64,000 nt of DNA from NCBI RefSeq assembly GCF_024502345.1, contig NZ_JALDNN010000001.1; one strand, 5' to 3'. Numbering within the stretch: the first letter of the stretch is position 1; the number at the start of each line of letters is the position of its first letter. Origin of the DNA: Escherichia coli. Its GTDB lineage: Bacteria; Pseudomonadota; Gammaproteobacteria; Enterobacterales; Enterobacteriaceae. The position numbers were made by a program, and so were the translations under genes. Below the pieces are notes generated by a model. That model saw nothing but the letters and a program-made list of their open reading frames with translations. It was not told where the DNA came from and did not search any database. Positions 24,900-36,603 of the stretch are shown in pieces.

Positions 24900-26189
24900 T
24901 TAGCTGAACAGAGAGTAGAAGATTGCAGAGATTGCAATCAGACCCATCACGACAACGAATACGTTGCTGATGTGACCGCTGTACTTACGCATTGCCGGTA
25001 CTTTCTGAATTGCGTACATCGGCATCAGGAACAGGATCATCGCGATGATTGGGCCGCCCAGGGTTTCAATCATACCCAGGATGCTCGGGTTCAGGGTGGC
25101 AACAATCCAGGTCGTTACCAGCATGAACAGCGCAGTGATACGGTTCAGCTTGTTGATTTCAATAGACTTACCTTTACCACGCAGAGATTTAATCACCATA
25201 CCGTTGAAGCCTTCACGTGCGCCCAGGTAGTGGCCGAGGAAGGATTTGGTGATAGCGATAATCGCGATAATCGGAGCCATCCACGCGATGATCGGCGCGT
25301 TAAAGTGGTTAGCCAGGTAAGACAGAATCGAGATGTTCTGCTCTTTAGCCGCAGCCAGGTCTGCCGGAGTCAGGCTCAGTACGCAGCTGAATACGAAGAA
25401 CATTACGGTCAGCACCATCATGATGTGTGCGAATGCCAGGATCTTCGAGCATTTCTGTTCTGCCATATCGCCGTACTCTTCACGCTTCGCAACGGCGAAA
25501 GAAGAGATGATCGGAGAGTGGTTGAACGAGAACACCATTACCGGAATTGCCAGCCACAGGGTCATCCACAGACCGTTTCCGGTTGCAGATGCAGTGTCCA
25601 GAGACAGCGTTTCCAGTGCTGCGCCGTTCCACTGCGGGATCAGGTACAGAGCCAGCAGCATCAGTACGCCAACAAACGGGAATACCAGAATACTCATCGC
25701 TTTAACGATCATCTGTTCACCAAAGCGAACGATGGTCATCATACCCACGATCAGGATCAGCGACAGAATCGCACGCGGCGGTGGCGTCATACCCAGCTGG
25801 TGAGACATGAAGCTTTCAACTGTATTGGTGATTGCCACGCTATAAACCAGCAGGATCGGGTAGATAGCGAAGAAGTAGAGCAGGGTAATCAGTTTACCTG
25901 CGCCAATACCAAAGTGTTCTTCTACAACCTCGGTGATGTCTTCGCCCGGGTTTTTACCAGACAGTACGAAGCGAGTCAGGCCGCGGTGAGCAAAAAACGT
26001 CATCGGGAACGCAAGGATAGCCATGATGATCAGCGGGATCATACCGCCAACACCGGCGTTGATTGGCAGGAACAGCACGCCCGCGCCGATTGCCGTGCCG
26101 TAAAGGCCCAGCATCCACATGGTGTCTGTCTTGCGCCAGGCACTACGAGAGTCTTTCGACGCAATCGTGCTGGTTTGAGTCGTTTCCAT
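24900..26189 (-). CDS. sdaC: Serine:H+ symporter SdaC (429 aa)
   Basis: 429-aa polytopic membrane ORF (HAAAP family). Confidence 0.92.
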   Translation of the reverse strand: METTQTSTIASKDSRSAWRKTDTMWMLGLYGTAIGAGVLFLPINAGVGGMIPLIIMAILAFPMTFFAHRGLTRFVLSGKNPGEDITEVVEEHFGIGAGKLITLLYFFAIYPILLVYSVAITNTVESFMSHQLGMTPPPRAILSLILIVGMMTIVRFGEQMIVKAMSILVFPFVGVLMLLALYLIPQWNGAALETLSLDTASATGNGLWMTLWLAIPVMVFSFNHSPIISSFAVAKREEYGDMAEQKCSKILAFAHIMMVLTVMFFVFSCVLSLTPADLAAAKEQNISILSYLANHFNAPIIAWMAPIIAIIAITKSFLGHYLGAREGFNGMVIKSLRGKGKSIEINKLNRITALFMLVTTWIVATLNPSILGMIETLGGPIIAMILFLMPMYAIQKVPAMRKYSGHISNVFVVVMGLIAISAIFYSLFS

Positions 26190-26745
26190 CTATTTCTCCT
26201 GGAGGAATGCAAATAATTCAGCTTTTAGCCAGTTCAGCCCGGGAAGGTGCCTGACCGTAAAAATGAAATCTGTCTATCGGCGATGGCTTAATCATTTACC
26301 GCCGTAATAATTTGAGGGCGGAAAGATACACACAAGTTATGTATCTATCAGTGATCTTGATCCCAAATACAATAATCTACTTGGAAGATAGATTATCCCA
26401 ACGCTTTACTCTGTAAATCAAAAGTAAAAGAGAATTTAAGGGCAATATTTGCCCATTAAACGACATCTGACTTCTTCCTGGGCGCGCAATATATGTAGGT
26501 TGAACTGAAAAAATCAATACTTTTAGTTAATCATGGCGATAATTTCTTTTTCATAGCGATAAAATACGGTTTATGAAAATAGGGAAACGTTTCCGTTGCA
26601 ACATAAATTGTATGACATATTAACTGTGATGATGTTTATCATCTGAGGATGGTGAGAAACATTCATATAACAAATGAAAAAAAATGATGAGTAAGTGACC
26701 AAAAACGAGAAAACCCGGCAACAAACGTCACCGGGGGAGGGGAGA

Positions 26746-28110
26746 TTACGTGCAGATTTCGTAGCAAGGGATGTAGGCTGAGCCTGGCAACTTCATACGA
26801 TGCTGGGCAACAAAACCCTGTAGCAGGTCGTCCATACGACGCATAATCTCTTTATCGCCGTTGATTTTGTAAGGACCAAACTCTTCAATGGCGCGAATAC
26901 CGACTTCTTTTACGTTACCCGCCACAATACCGGAGAACGCACGGCGCAGGTCGGCAGCCAGCACTTCAACAGGTTGATCCGGGTAAAGCTTCAGATTAGC
27001 CATATTCTCGTGAGACGGCTCAAACGGCATTTGCAAATCTGGTGCAATGCGCATTGACCAGTTAAAGCTGTAAGCGTCACCGGTGTCGCGGCGATTTTCT
27101 TTCACCAGCGGCATCGATTTTTTCATCTGACGAGCGACTTCAGCGGCGTCATCAATGATGATGCGGTAATGGCGGCGCGCGTTTTCACCCAGCGTATGCA
27201 CGACAAACTCGTCCAGTACGCGGAAGTAGTCGGCGCTCTCTTTCGGGCCGGTGAGGATCAATGGTAAAACCTGATCTTTGTTGGCCGGGTTCATTAAAAT
27301 TCCCAGCAAATACAGCAACTCTTCTGCCGTACCCACACCGCCAGGGAAGATAATGATACCGTGAGCGATACGGACAAACGCTTCCAGACGTTTTTCGATA
27401 TCTGGCATGATGATCAATTCGTTGACCAGCGGGTTAGGCGGTTCAGCGGCGATAATCGACGGCTCTGTCATACCAATAAAACGACTGTCTTTGTAACGCT
27501 GCTGCGCGTGTCCGACCGCAGCACCTTTCATCGGCGCTTCCATCGCTCCCGGACCACAGCCGGTGCAGATATTCAGCTCACGCAGGCCCAGCTGGTTTCC
27601 GACGCGACGGGCATACAAATACTCATTTTCGTTAATTGAGTGACCGCCCCAGCAGACCACCATATTTGGCGCTTCACCCACATGCAGCGCGCGAGCGTTA
27701 CGCAAGATGGAAAAGACCAGGTTAGTGATGTGTACGGAGTTGTCGAGATTCAGGTTGGGAAAACGAACGATGTTATGGATTTGCCCGTAAACGAAGAGAA
27801 TGTCTCGCAGAACCGCGAACAAGTTGGCCTGCAAAGCGCGAATAATTCGCCCATCGACAAAAGCCTCTTCCGGGGGATTAATCAGTTCCAGCTTTACGCC
27901 GCGTTCACGGCGCAGGACGTTAATATCGAAATTTTCAAAACGAGACAGCAATTCTTTGCTGTTATCGGTCAAACTACCGGAGTTCAGTACGGCAAGTGAA
28001 CAGTTGCGAAACAGTTGATAGAGGTCGCTGCTGGCGGTGCGTTTAAGCATATCCACTTCCAGCTGCGACAACATATCCATGGAGCCAAGCGGGCTAATAT
28101 GTGTAATCAA
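26746..28110 (-). CDS. ppnN: Pyrimidine/purine nucleotide 5'-monophosphate nucleosidase PpnN (YgdH, LOG family, 454 aa)
   Basis: 454-aa ORF with LOG-family motif region (GGYGTMEEL-like [10 protein letters not shown]). Confidence 0.85.
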   Translation of the reverse strand: MITHISPLGSMDMLSQLEVDMLKRTASSDLYQLFRNCSLAVLNSGSLTDNSKELLSRFENFDINVLRRERGVKLELINPPEEAFVDGRIIRALQANLFAVLRDILFVYGQIHNIVRFPNLNLDNSVHITNLVFSILRNARALHVGEAPNMVVCWGGHSINENEYLYARRVGNQLGLRELNICTGCGPGAMEAPMKGAAVGHAQQRYKDSRFIGMTEPSIIAAEPPNPLVNELIIMPDIEKRLEAFVRIAHGIIIFPGGVGTAEELLYLLGILMNPANKDQVLPLILTGPKESADYFRVLDEFVVHTLGENARRHYRIIIDDAAEVARQMKKSMPLVKENRRDTGDAYSFNWSMRIAPDLQMPFEPSHENMANLKLYPDQPVEVLAADLRRAFSGIVAGNVKEVGIRAIEEFGPYKINGDKEIMRRMDDLLQGFVAQHRMKLPGSAYIPCYEICT

Positions 28111-28221
28111 GAAAAACTCCTTATGGGACGAATATCGTCATTCCCTTTGATTACAATAGCCCTGCCTGATGACCTTTCACAACCTTCTGCGTGAATCCAG
28201 CACGCAAAATTGAGAAAAAAT

Positions 28222-29070
28222 TTATTGCCGAACCAGTCTTGTGGTCGATGGGACAAAATCGCTATTACTGCGCCACGGGTTAATGTCCAGACCGCCACGA
28301 CGGGTATAACGTGCGTAAACGCTCAATTTTTCTGGCTGGCAGAAGCGTAACAGGTCATTAAAGATGCGTTCCACGCACTGTTCGTGGAACTCGTTGTGAT
28401 GACGGAATGAGACCAGGTAACGCAGCAGTTTTTCTCTGTCAATTTGGCGTCCACGATACTGAATTTGGATCGAACCCCAATCTGGTTGATGGGTGATCAG
28501 GCAGTTTGATTTCAGCAGGTGGCTGACAAGCGTCTCTTCCACTACTTTTTCACCACAGGTGGCATTCTCCAGATAGTCAGTAGTGAATTCATAGTTATCG
28601 ATAGTGATATCCTGGTCATCAATGCAAGTGCCATTAAAATGACCTATCGGCTGGCCTTCCAGTTCATCAAGACGATATAACGCCACGCTAACCTTACCCT
28701 GGGCGCAAGTGCTTAAGTCGCGCTCCAGCGTCTGGCGCACCTCATCCCAGTTATTAAAACGCGTCTGGTTAAAACTGTTGAGATAGAGCTTAAAACTCTT
28801 CGACTCAATCAGATTTGCGCTGGTGTAATCAAGTTCAACGTGACCGACGGCAACCTGCGGCAAACCTTTCGCATTCAGCCAGGAAAGTTCATACAGCGTC
28901 CAGATATCCGTACCGTGAAAAGGCAGGTTATCCGCTTTCAGACCCAGCGGGTCGCGATTCAGGCTGCGTGGAACGCCTTGCAGTAGGCTGGCGTCATAGG
29001 TATCCCGGTAATCGGTTGATTTTCCAAGAGTCAGGCCCGCAAGTGCCTGATGGTTTGCATAAGAAGACAT
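28222..29070 (-). CDS. queF: NADPH-dependent 7-cyano-7-deazaguanine reductase QueF (YqcD, 282 aa)
   Basis: 282-aa ORF recognised as two-domain QueF. Confidence 0.88.
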   Translation of the reverse strand: MSSYANHQALAGLTLGKSTDYRDTYDASLLQGVPRSLNRDPLGLKADNLPFHGTDIWTLYELSWLNAKGLPQVAVGHVELDYTSANLIESKSFKLYLNSFNQTRFNNWDEVRQTLERDLSTCAQGKVSVALYRLDELEGQPIGHFNGTCIDDQDITIDNYEFTTDYLENATCGEKVVEETLVSHLLKSNCLITHQPDWGSIQIQYRGRQIDREKLLRYLVSFRHHNEFHEQCVERIFNDLLRFCQPEKLSVYARYTRRGGLDINPWRSNSDFVPSTTRLVRQ

Positions 29071-29137
29071 GTTTCACCGTCATAAACCAGATAAACTAAA
29101 CGACAAGTGTATCTGGTTTAAGTGAAGAGAGAAATTA

Positions 29138-29683
29138 GTGGACGATTTGACCGCACAAGCCCTGAAAGATTTTACTGCACGCTACTGCGATGCGTGGCAT
29201 GAAGAGCATAAAAGCTGGCCGTTAAGTGAGGAACTGTACGGTGTTCCTTCACCGTGCATTATTTCAACTACCGAAGATGCCGTATACTGGCAACCCCAGC
29301 CGTTTACCGGGGAACAAAATGTAAACGCGGTTGAACGCGCTTTTGATATTGTGATACAACCCACAATTCATACCTTTTATACGACTCAGTTTGCCGGGGA
29401 TATGCACGCGCAGTTTGGCGATATCAAACTGACATTGCTGCAAACCTGGAGTGAAGACGACTTCCGTCGGGTGCAGGAAAATCTGATTGGTCATCTGGTG
29501 ACTCAGAAAAGGCTAAAACTGCCGCCCACGCTATTTATCGCGACGCTGGAAGAAGAGTTAGAGGTCATCTCGGTGTGTAATCTCTCCGGTGAAGTGTGCA
29601 AAGAGACGCTGGGAACACGTAAACGGACGCATTTAGCCTCAAATCTTGCGGAATTCCTTAATCAACTTAAGCCTCTTCTGTAA
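29138..29683 (+). CDS. syd: SecY-interacting protein Syd (181 aa)
   Basis: 181-aa ORF recognised as Syd. Confidence 0.88.
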
Positions 29684-29702
29684 TCCAAATACCCCATCTG
29701 GT

Positions 29703-29720
29703 TGTGAGAGATCTCTTACA
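29703..29720. promoter_or_regulatory. UvrY (SirA)-type 18-bp palindrome upstream of csrB
   Basis: TGTGAGAGATCTCTTACA near-perfect palindrome about 175 bp upstream of the CsrB start. Confidence 0.7.
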
Positions 29721-29894
29721 GACTCTGTAGGAGATCGCCAGGAAATAAGCGAATACTTAAAAAGATAAGAATCGTTATTTTCATTTAAAATCAAAATGTT
29801 GATTGTTAATTCTTAACTTTCATATGAAATTTTCCTTAAGGCATTGTCTGTAAGCGCCTTGTAAGACTTCGCGAAAAAGACGATTCTATCTTCG

Positions 29895-30259
29895 TCGACA
29901 GGGAGTCAGACAACGAAGTGAACATCAGGATGATGACACTTCTGCAGGACACACCAGGATGGTGTTTCAGGGAAAGGCTTCTGGATGAAGCGAAGAGGAT
30001 GACGCAGGACGCGTTAAAGGACACCTCCAGGATGGAGAATGAGAACCGGTCAGGATGATTCGGTGGGTCAGGAAGGCCAGGGACACTTCAGGATGAAGTA
30101 TCACATCGGGGTGGTGTGAGCAGGAAGCAATAGTTCAGGATGAACGATTGGCCGCAAGGCCAGAGGAAAAGTTGTCAAGGATGAGCAGGGAGCAACAAAA
30201 GTAGCTGGAATGCTGCGAAACGAACCGGGAGCGCTGTGAATACAGTGCTCCCTTTTTTT
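29895..30259 (+). ncRNA. csrB: CsrB regulatory RNA (CsrA-sequestering, multiple GGA motifs)
   Basis: About 365 nt with roughly 18 repeated CAGGA(U)G/AGGA motifs and a terminal hairpin GGGAGCGCTGTGAATACAGTGCTCCC plus U-run. Confidence 0.9.
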
Positions 30260-30304
30260 ATTCCTGCTATCCTTCGCGGCAGTTTTTCTTATTGAGGTTG
30301 CTTT

Positions 30305-30634
30305 ATGACCACTCATGACCGCGTTCGTCTCCAGTTGCAGGCGCTTGAAGCGTTACTGCGTGAACATCAGCACTGGCGAAACGATGAACCCCAGCCGCAT
30401 CAATTTAATAGTACCCAACCGTTCTTTATGGACACCATGGAACCACTGGAGTGGTTGCAGTGGGTGCTGATCCCGCGAATGCACGATTTGTTAAATAACA
30501 ACCAGCCGTTACCGGGCGCTTTTGCTGTTGCACCCTATTATGAAATGGCGCTGGCGACGGACCATCCGCAACGCGCGCTTATTCTGGCTGAGTTGGAAAA
30601 ACTGGATGCTCTTTTTGCGGATGATGCGAGCTAA
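30305..30634 (+). CDS. yqcC: DUF446 protein YqcC (109 aa)
   Basis: 109-aa ORF immediately upstream of and abutting truC. Confidence 0.8.
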   Translation: MTTHDRVRLQLQALEALLREHQHWRNDEPQPHQFNSTQPFFMDTMEPLEWLQWVLIPRMHDLLNNNQPLPGAFAVAPYYEMALATDHPQRALILAELEKLDALFADDAS

Positions 30635-31416
30635 TGCTGGAAATACTCTATCAGGATGAATGGCTGGTTGCGGTAAATAAACCCTCCGGCTGGCTGGTTC
30701 ACCGTAGCTGGCTGGATCGCGACGAGAAAGTAGTGGTCATGCAAACCGTGCGTGACCAGATAGGACAGCATGTTTTTACTGCTCATCGTCTGGACCGACC
30801 CACTTCTGGTGTGTTGTTGATGGGATTATCCAGCGAGGCCGGACGGCTGCTGGCACAACAGTTTGAACAGCACCAAATCCAGAAACGTTACCATGCGATT
30901 GTGCGCGGCTGGTTGATGGAAGAAGCGGTGCTGGATTATCCACTGGTGGAAGAACTGGACAAAATCGCTGATAAATTTGCCCGCGAAGATAAAGGCCCGC
31001 AGCCAGCAGTGACGCATTATCGCGGTCTGGCGACCGTAGAAATGCCGGTAGCGACCGGACGTTACCCGACCACGCGCTACGGCCTGGTGGAACTGGAGCC
31101 GAAAACCGGACGCAAACATCAGCTTCGCCGACATCTTGCCCATTTGCGTCATCCGATTATTGGCGATAGCAAACATGGCGATTTACGCCAGAATCGCAGC
31201 GGTGCTGAGCATTTTGGCCTCCAGCGGTTAATGCTACATGCCAGTCAGTTGTCATTGACTCATCCTTTTACTGGCGAGCCGCTGACTATTCACGCGGGCC
31301 TGGACGACACCTGGATGCAGGCGTTATCACAATTTGGCTGGCGCGGTCTGCTTCCTGAAAATGAAAGGGTTGAGTTCAGTGCGCCATCGGGTCAGGATGG
31401 AGAGATAAGTTCCTAA
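30634..31416 (+). CDS. truC: tRNA pseudouridine(65) synthase TruC (YqcB, 260 aa)
   Basis: 260-aa ORF with RluA-family catalytic motif HRLDRPTSG. Confidence 0.88.
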
Positions 31417-31433
31417 TCCAGGGAGAAAACGGT

Positions 31434-31883
31434 ATGGCGGAAATTGGTATTTTTGTCGGCACCATGTACGGAAATTCGCTGTTAGTGGCGGAAGAAGCAG
31501 AAGCAATTCTGACCGCACAGGGCCACAAAGCAACGGTATTTGAAGATCCTGAATTAAGCGACTGGCTGCCTTATCAGGATAAGTATGTTCTGGTGGTTAC
31601 GTCCACGACCGGGCAGGGCGACCTTCCTGATAGCATTGTGCCGCTCTTTCAGGGAATCAAAGATAGTCTGGGCTTCCAGCCGAATCTGCGTTATGGCGTG
31701 ATTGCGCTCGGCGACAGCAGTTATGTAAATTTCTGCAATGGCGGCAAACAGTTCGATGCCTTGTTGCAGGAACAGAGCGCTCAGCGGGTTGGCGAAATGC
31801 TGTTGATTGACGCCAGTGAGAACCCGGAACCGGAAACGGAATCAAATCCGTGGGTCGAACAGTGGGGCACGCTGTTGTCCTGA
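31434..31883 (+). CDS. yqcA: Flavodoxin YqcA (149 aa)
   Basis: 149-aa ORF, short-chain flavodoxin fold. Confidence 0.85.
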
Positions 31884-32316
31884 TATGTCAGCGAGCGGTA
31901 AATGTCGTTTTAGCGGTGCTGAATCGAATCTTTTCAGGCAAATGCCAGTAAAAACTGCTTCATAGCGCGGATTTTTACTGGCGTTTGCCTGGAGTCAAGC
32001 GATCCATTTCATACTCTTCTTTATTTCTTCGTTTTTACCCTTCCTTTCTTGTTCTTGTTTTCATTTCCGTGAAGTGGATTCCACCGTCCAGGGCTAATGC
32101 CAAAATCGGGCCTCATTGAACGCATTAATGTTGTGTTGTTGCACGGTGAGCCGCTATGGCGCGCTTTTTATACTGCTATTGCCAGATATAAACACGCGCC
32201 GTATTCGGCGAACGACCTATAAAAACGGCAAAAAACACCCTACGTCACCTCTGATTTCCTGGCGATGTCGCAGTCCAGAGTGAGCGTGGCTAACGCGAAT
32301 TTTCAGGAGTGCAACA

Positions 32317-33669
32317 ATGAGTTCTTTAAGTCAGGCTGCGAGCAGTGTGGAAAAACGCACGAATGCTCGTTACTGGATAGTGGTGATGTTGTTTATCGTC
32401 ACATCCTTCAACTACGGCGACCGCGCTACGCTTTCTATTGCTGGTTCGGAAATGGCCAAAGATATCGGCCTTGATCCCGTGGGAATGGGCTATGTGTTCT
32501 CTGCCTTCTCATGGGCTTATGTTATCGGGCAGATCCCTGGTGGTTGGTTGCTGGATCGTTTTGGTTCAAAACGCGTCTACTTCTGGTCGATCTTTATCTG
32601 GTCGATGTTTACCTTGCTGCAAGGCTTCGTCGATATCTTTAGTGGATTCGGCATTATCGTTGCCCTGTTTACGCTGCGCTTCCTGGTCGGGCTTGCTGAA
32701 GCGCCATCTTTCCCCGGCAACAGTCGCATTGTTGCGGCCTGGTTTCCGGCGCAGGAAAGGGGAACGGCGGTGTCGATTTTTAACTCCGCTCAATACTTCG
32801 CAACGGTGATCTTCGCGCCGATTATGGGCTGGCTGACGCATGAAGTGGGCTGGTCACACGTCTTCTTCTTTATGGGCGGTCTGGGGATTGTCATCAGCTT
32901 TATCTGGTTGAAAGTCATCCACGAGCCAAATCAACATCCGGGGGTAAATCAGAAAGAGCTGGAGTACATCGCCGCGGGTGGCGCGCTGATCAATATGGAT
33001 CAGCAAAACACCAAAGTTAAAGTGCCGTTCAGCGTGAAGTGGGGGCAGATCAAACAGCTGCTCGGGTCACGGATGATGATCGGCGTTTATATCGGTCAGT
33101 ACTGTATCAACGCCCTGACTTACTTTTTCATTACCTGGTTTCCGGTTTATCTGGTGCAGGCGCGTGGGATGTCGATTCTGAAAGCGGGCTTTGTGGCTTC
33201 CGTTCCGGCGGTTTGCGGTTTTATCGGCGGTGTGCTGGGTGGGATTATTTCCGACTGGCTGATGCGCCGCACGGGATCGCTGAACATTGCGCGTAAAACA
33301 CCGATCGTAATGGGCATGTTGCTGTCGATGGTGATGGTGTTCTGCAACTACGTCAACGTTGAGTGGATGATCATCGGCTTTATGGCGCTGGCCTTCTTCG
33401 GTAAGGGCATCGGGGCGCTGGGTTGGGCAGTAATGGCAGATACCGCGCCAAAAGAGATCAGCGGTCTTTCCGGTGGCCTGTTCAACATGTTCGGTAACAT
33501 TTCTGGCATCGTCACGCCAATCGCAATTGGTTATATCGTTGGCACGACTGGCTCCTTTAATGGGGCGCTGATTTATGTTGGTGTTCATGCCTTAATCGCG
33601 GTACTGAGCTACCTGGTGCTGGTGGGCGATATCAAGCGTATCGAGCTGAAACCTGTCGCGGGGCAATAA
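32317..33669 (+). CDS. gudP: Glucarate/galactarate MFS transporter GudP (450 aa)
   Basis: 450-aa MFS ORF at the head of the gud operon. Confidence 0.9.
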   Translation: MSSLSQAASSVEKRTNARYWIVVMLFIVTSFNYGDRATLSIAGSEMAKDIGLDPVGMGYVFSAFSWAYVIGQIPGGWLLDRFGSKRVYFWSIFIWSMFTLLQGFVDIFSGFGIIVALFTLRFLVGLAEAPSFPGNSRIVAAWFPAQERGTAVSIFNSAQYFATVIFAPIMGWLTHEVGWSHVFFFMGGLGIVISFIWLKVIHEPNQHPGVNQKELEYIAAGGALINMDQQNTKVKVPFSVKWGQIKQLLGSRMMIGVYIGQYCINALTYFFITWFPVYLVQARGMSILKAGFVASVPAVCGFIGGVLGGIISDWLMRRTGSLNIARKTPIVMGMLLSMVMVFCNYVNVEWMIIGFMALAFFGKGIGALGWAVMADTAPKEISGLSGGLFNMFGNISGIVTPIAIGYIVGTTGSFNGALIYVGVHALIAVLSYLVLVGDIKRIELKPVAGQ

Positions 33670-33670
33670 G

Positions 33671-35011
33671 ATGACGACACAATCCAGTCCTGTTATTACT
33701 GATATGAAAGTCATTCCGGTCGCCGGGCACGATAGCATGTTGCTTAATATTGGTGGGGCACATAACGCATATTTCACCCGCAATATTGTGGTACTCACCG
33801 ATAACGCCGGGCATACCGGCATTGGTGAAGCGCCGGGCGGAGAGGTGATTTATCAAACACTGGTCGATGCTATTCCGATGGTTCTGGGCCAGGAAGTTGC
33901 GCGCCTGAATAAAGTGGTTCAGCAGGTGCATAAAGGTAATCAGGCAGCCGATTTTGATACCTTCGGCAAAGGTGCCTGGACTTTTGAATTGCGCGTTAAT
34001 ACCGTGGCGGCGCTGGAAGCCGCCTTGCTTGACCTGCTAGGTAAGGCGCTGAATGTTCCGGTCTGCGAACTGTTGGGGCCAGGCAAGCAACGCGAGACTA
34101 TTACCGTCCTCGGTTATCTGTTTTATATCGGTGATCGGACCAAAACCGATCTTCCTTATCTGGAAAATACGCCGGGCAACCATGAGTGGTATCAGTTGCG
34201 CCATCAGAAAGCGATGAACAGCGAAGCCGTTGTGCGTCTGGCGGAAGCCTCACAGGATCGCTATGGCTTTAAAGATTTCAAACTTAAGGGCGGGGTGTTA
34301 CCTGGCGAGCAAGAAATCGACACTGTTCGTGCATTGAAGAAACGCTTCCCTGATGCGCGGATTACCGTTGATCCCAACGGTGCCTGGCTGCTTGATGAAG
34401 CCATTTCTCTATGCAAAGGGCTGAATGATGTTCTTACCTATGCCGAAGATCCATGCGGCGCAGAACAGGGTTTCTCCGGTCGTGAAGTTATGGCGGAGTT
34501 TCGGCGGGCGACCGGCTTGCCCGTCGCGACTAACATGATCGCCACCAACTGGCGCGAAATGGGTCATGCGGTGATGCTCAATGCGGTAGATATTCCACTT
34601 GCCGATCCGCACTTCTGGACGCTTTCCGGTGCAGTCCGTGTGGCGCAGCTTTGCGACGACTGGGGGCTGACCTGGGGCTGCCATTCTAATAACCATTTCG
34701 ATATCTCTCTGGCGATGTTTACCCATGTGGGCGCGGCGGCACCGGGTAATCCTACCGCTATCGATACCCACTGGATTTGGCAGGAGGGCGATTGTCGCCT
34801 GACCAAAAATCCGCTGGAGATTAAAAACGGAAAAATTGCCGTTCCTGATGCGCCCGGTCTGGGCGTGGAACTGGACTGGGAACAGGTACAAAAGGCACAT
34901 GAGGCCTATAAACGTCTGCCTGTCGGTGCGCGTAACGACGCAGGTCCGATGCAGTACCTGATCCCCGGCTGGACCTTTGACCGTAAACGTCCCGTTTTCG
35001 GCCGTCATTGA
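33671..35011 (+). CDS. gudX: Glucarate dehydratase-related protein GudX (enolase superfamily, 446 aa)
   Basis: 446-aa ORF, close paralogue of the following gene. Confidence 0.9.
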   Translation: MTTQSSPVITDMKVIPVAGHDSMLLNIGGAHNAYFTRNIVVLTDNAGHTGIGEAPGGEVIYQTLVDAIPMVLGQEVARLNKVVQQVHKGNQAADFDTFGKGAWTFELRVNTVAALEAALLDLLGKALNVPVCELLGPGKQRETITVLGYLFYIGDRTKTDLPYLENTPGNHEWYQLRHQKAMNSEAVVRLAEASQDRYGFKDFKLKGGVLPGEQEIDTVRALKKRFPDARITVDPNGAWLLDEAISLCKGLNDVLTYAEDPCGAEQGFSGREVMAEFRRATGLPVATNMIATNWREMGHAVMLNAVDIPLADPHFWTLSGAVRVAQLCDDWGLTWGCHSNNHFDISLAMFTHVGAAAPGNPTAIDTHWIWQEGDCRLTKNPLEIKNGKIAVPDAPGLGVELDWEQVQKAHEAYKRLPVGARNDAGPMQYLIPGWTFDRKRPVFGRH

Positions 35012-35031
35012 TTCTGAAAAAGGACATAAAT

Positions 35032-36372
35032 ATGAGTTCTCAATTTACGACGCCTGTTGTTACTGAAATGCAGGTCATCCCGGTGGCGGGTCATGACAGT
35101 ATGCTGATGAATCTGAGTGGTGCACACGCACCGTTCTTTACGCGTAATATTGTGATTATCAAAGATAATTCTGGTCACACTGGCGTAGGGGAAATTCCCG
35201 GCGGCGAGAAAATCCGTAAAACGCTGGAAGATGCGATTCCGCTGGTGGTAGGTAAAACGCTGGGTGAATACAAAAACGTTCTGACGCTGGTGCGTAATAC
35301 TTTTGCCGATCGTGATGCTGGTGGGCGCGGTTTGCAGACATTTGATTTGCGTACCACTATTCATGTAGTTACCGGGATAGAAGCGGCAATGCTGGATCTG
35401 CTGGGGCAGCATCTGGGGGTAAACGTGGCATCCCTGCTGGGCGATGGTCAACAGCGTAGCGAAGTCGAAATGCTCGGTTATCTGTTCTTCGTCGGTGATC
35501 GCAAAGCCACACCGCTGCCGTATCAAAGCCAGCCGGATGACTCATGCGACTGGTATCGCCTGCGTCATGAAGAAGCGATGACGCCGGATGCGGTGGTGCG
35601 CCTGGCGGAAGCGGCGTATGAAAAATATGGCTTCAACGATTTCAAACTGAAAGGCGGTGTACTGGCCGGGGAAGAAGAGGCCGAGTCTATTGTGGCACTG
35701 GCGCAACGCTTCCCGCAGGCGCGTATTACGCTCGATCCTAACGGTGCCTGGTCGCTGAACGAAGCGATTAAAATTGGTAAATACCTGAAAGGGTCGCTGG
35801 CTTATGCAGAAGATCCGTGTGGTGCGGAGCAAGGTTTCTCCGGGCGTGAAGTGATGGCAGAGTTCCGTCGCGCAACTGGCCTGCCGACCGCAACCAATAT
35901 GATCGCCACCGACTGGCGGCAGATGGGCCATACGCTCTCCCTGCAATCCGTTGATATCCCGCTGGCGGATCCGCATTTCTGGACGATGCAAGGTTCGGTA
36001 CGTGTGGCGCAAATGTGCCATGAATTTGGCCTGACCTGGGGTTCACACTCAAACAACCACTTCGATATTTCCCTGGCGATGTTTACCCATGTTGCCGCCG
36101 CTGCACCGGGTAAAATCACCGCGATTGATACGCACTGGATTTGGCAGGAAGGCAATCAGCGCTTGACCAAAGAACCGTTTGAGATCAAAGGCGGTCTGGT
36201 TCAGGTGCCGGAAAAACCGGGGCTGGGTGTAGAAATCGATATGGATCAAGTGATGAAAGCCCATGAGCTGTATCAGAAACACGGGCTTGGCGCGCGTGAC
36301 GATGCGATGGGAATGCAGTATCTGATTCCTGGCTGGACGTTTGATAACAAGCGCCCGTGCATGGTGCGTTAA
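35032..36372 (+). CDS. gudD: D-glucarate dehydratase GudD (446 aa)
   Basis: ORF 35008..36372; start set at [15 protein letters not shown]; enolase superfamily. Confidence 0.9.
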   Translation: MSSQFTTPVVTEMQVIPVAGHDSMLMNLSGAHAPFFTRNIVIIKDNSGHTGVGEIPGGEKIRKTLEDAIPLVVGKTLGEYKNVLTLVRNTFADRDAGGRGLQTFDLRTTIHVVTGIEAAMLDLLGQHLGVNVASLLGDGQQRSEVEMLGYLFFVGDRKATPLPYQSQPDDSCDWYRLRHEEAMTPDAVVRLAEAAYEKYGFNDFKLKGGVLAGEEEAESIVALAQRFPQARITLDPNGAWSLNEAIKIGKYLKGSLAYAEDPCGAEQGFSGREVMAEFRRATGLPTATNMIATDWRQMGHTLSLQSVDIPLADPHFWTMQGSVRVAQMCHEFGLTWGSHSNNHFDISLAMFTHVAAAAPGKITAIDTHWIWQEGNQRLTKEPFEIKGGLVQVPEKPGLGVEIDMDQVMKAHELYQKHGLGARDDAMGMQYLIPGWTFDNKRPCMVR

Positions 36373-36495
36373 GACAGAAAACCAAAACCGGCTCTATCTG
36401 GAGCCGGCTTGAGACTGATGCTAAACGCAAAATAGCCTGTTGTGCTATGTATCAGGTCTACATCATTTTTTAATTCATTGAATTTAATTGGTTTT

Positions 36496-36530
36496 GTAGG
36501 CCGGATAAGGCGTTAACGCCGCATCCGGCA
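36496..36530. repeat. REP element between gudD and barA
   Basis: gtaggccggataaggcgttaacgccgcatccggca. Confidence 0.75.
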
Positions 36531-36603
36531 TAAACACAGGCACTTTGTCACCAATCTGAAACCAGCGTCATAAAAAGCCGATTGCTACTCGACAAGACGT
36601 CCG

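Noticed and set aside
24375-26216. 613-aa ORF on the plus strand
   Set aside because: Lies entirely antisense to sdaB and sdaC; the protein is low-complexity (His/Arg/Gln-rich) with no domain signature, a typical antisense artefact of GC-rich coding sequence.
32265-32474. 69-aa ORF overlapping the gudP start
   Set aside because: Out of frame with and overlapping the well-supported gudP start; no independent support.
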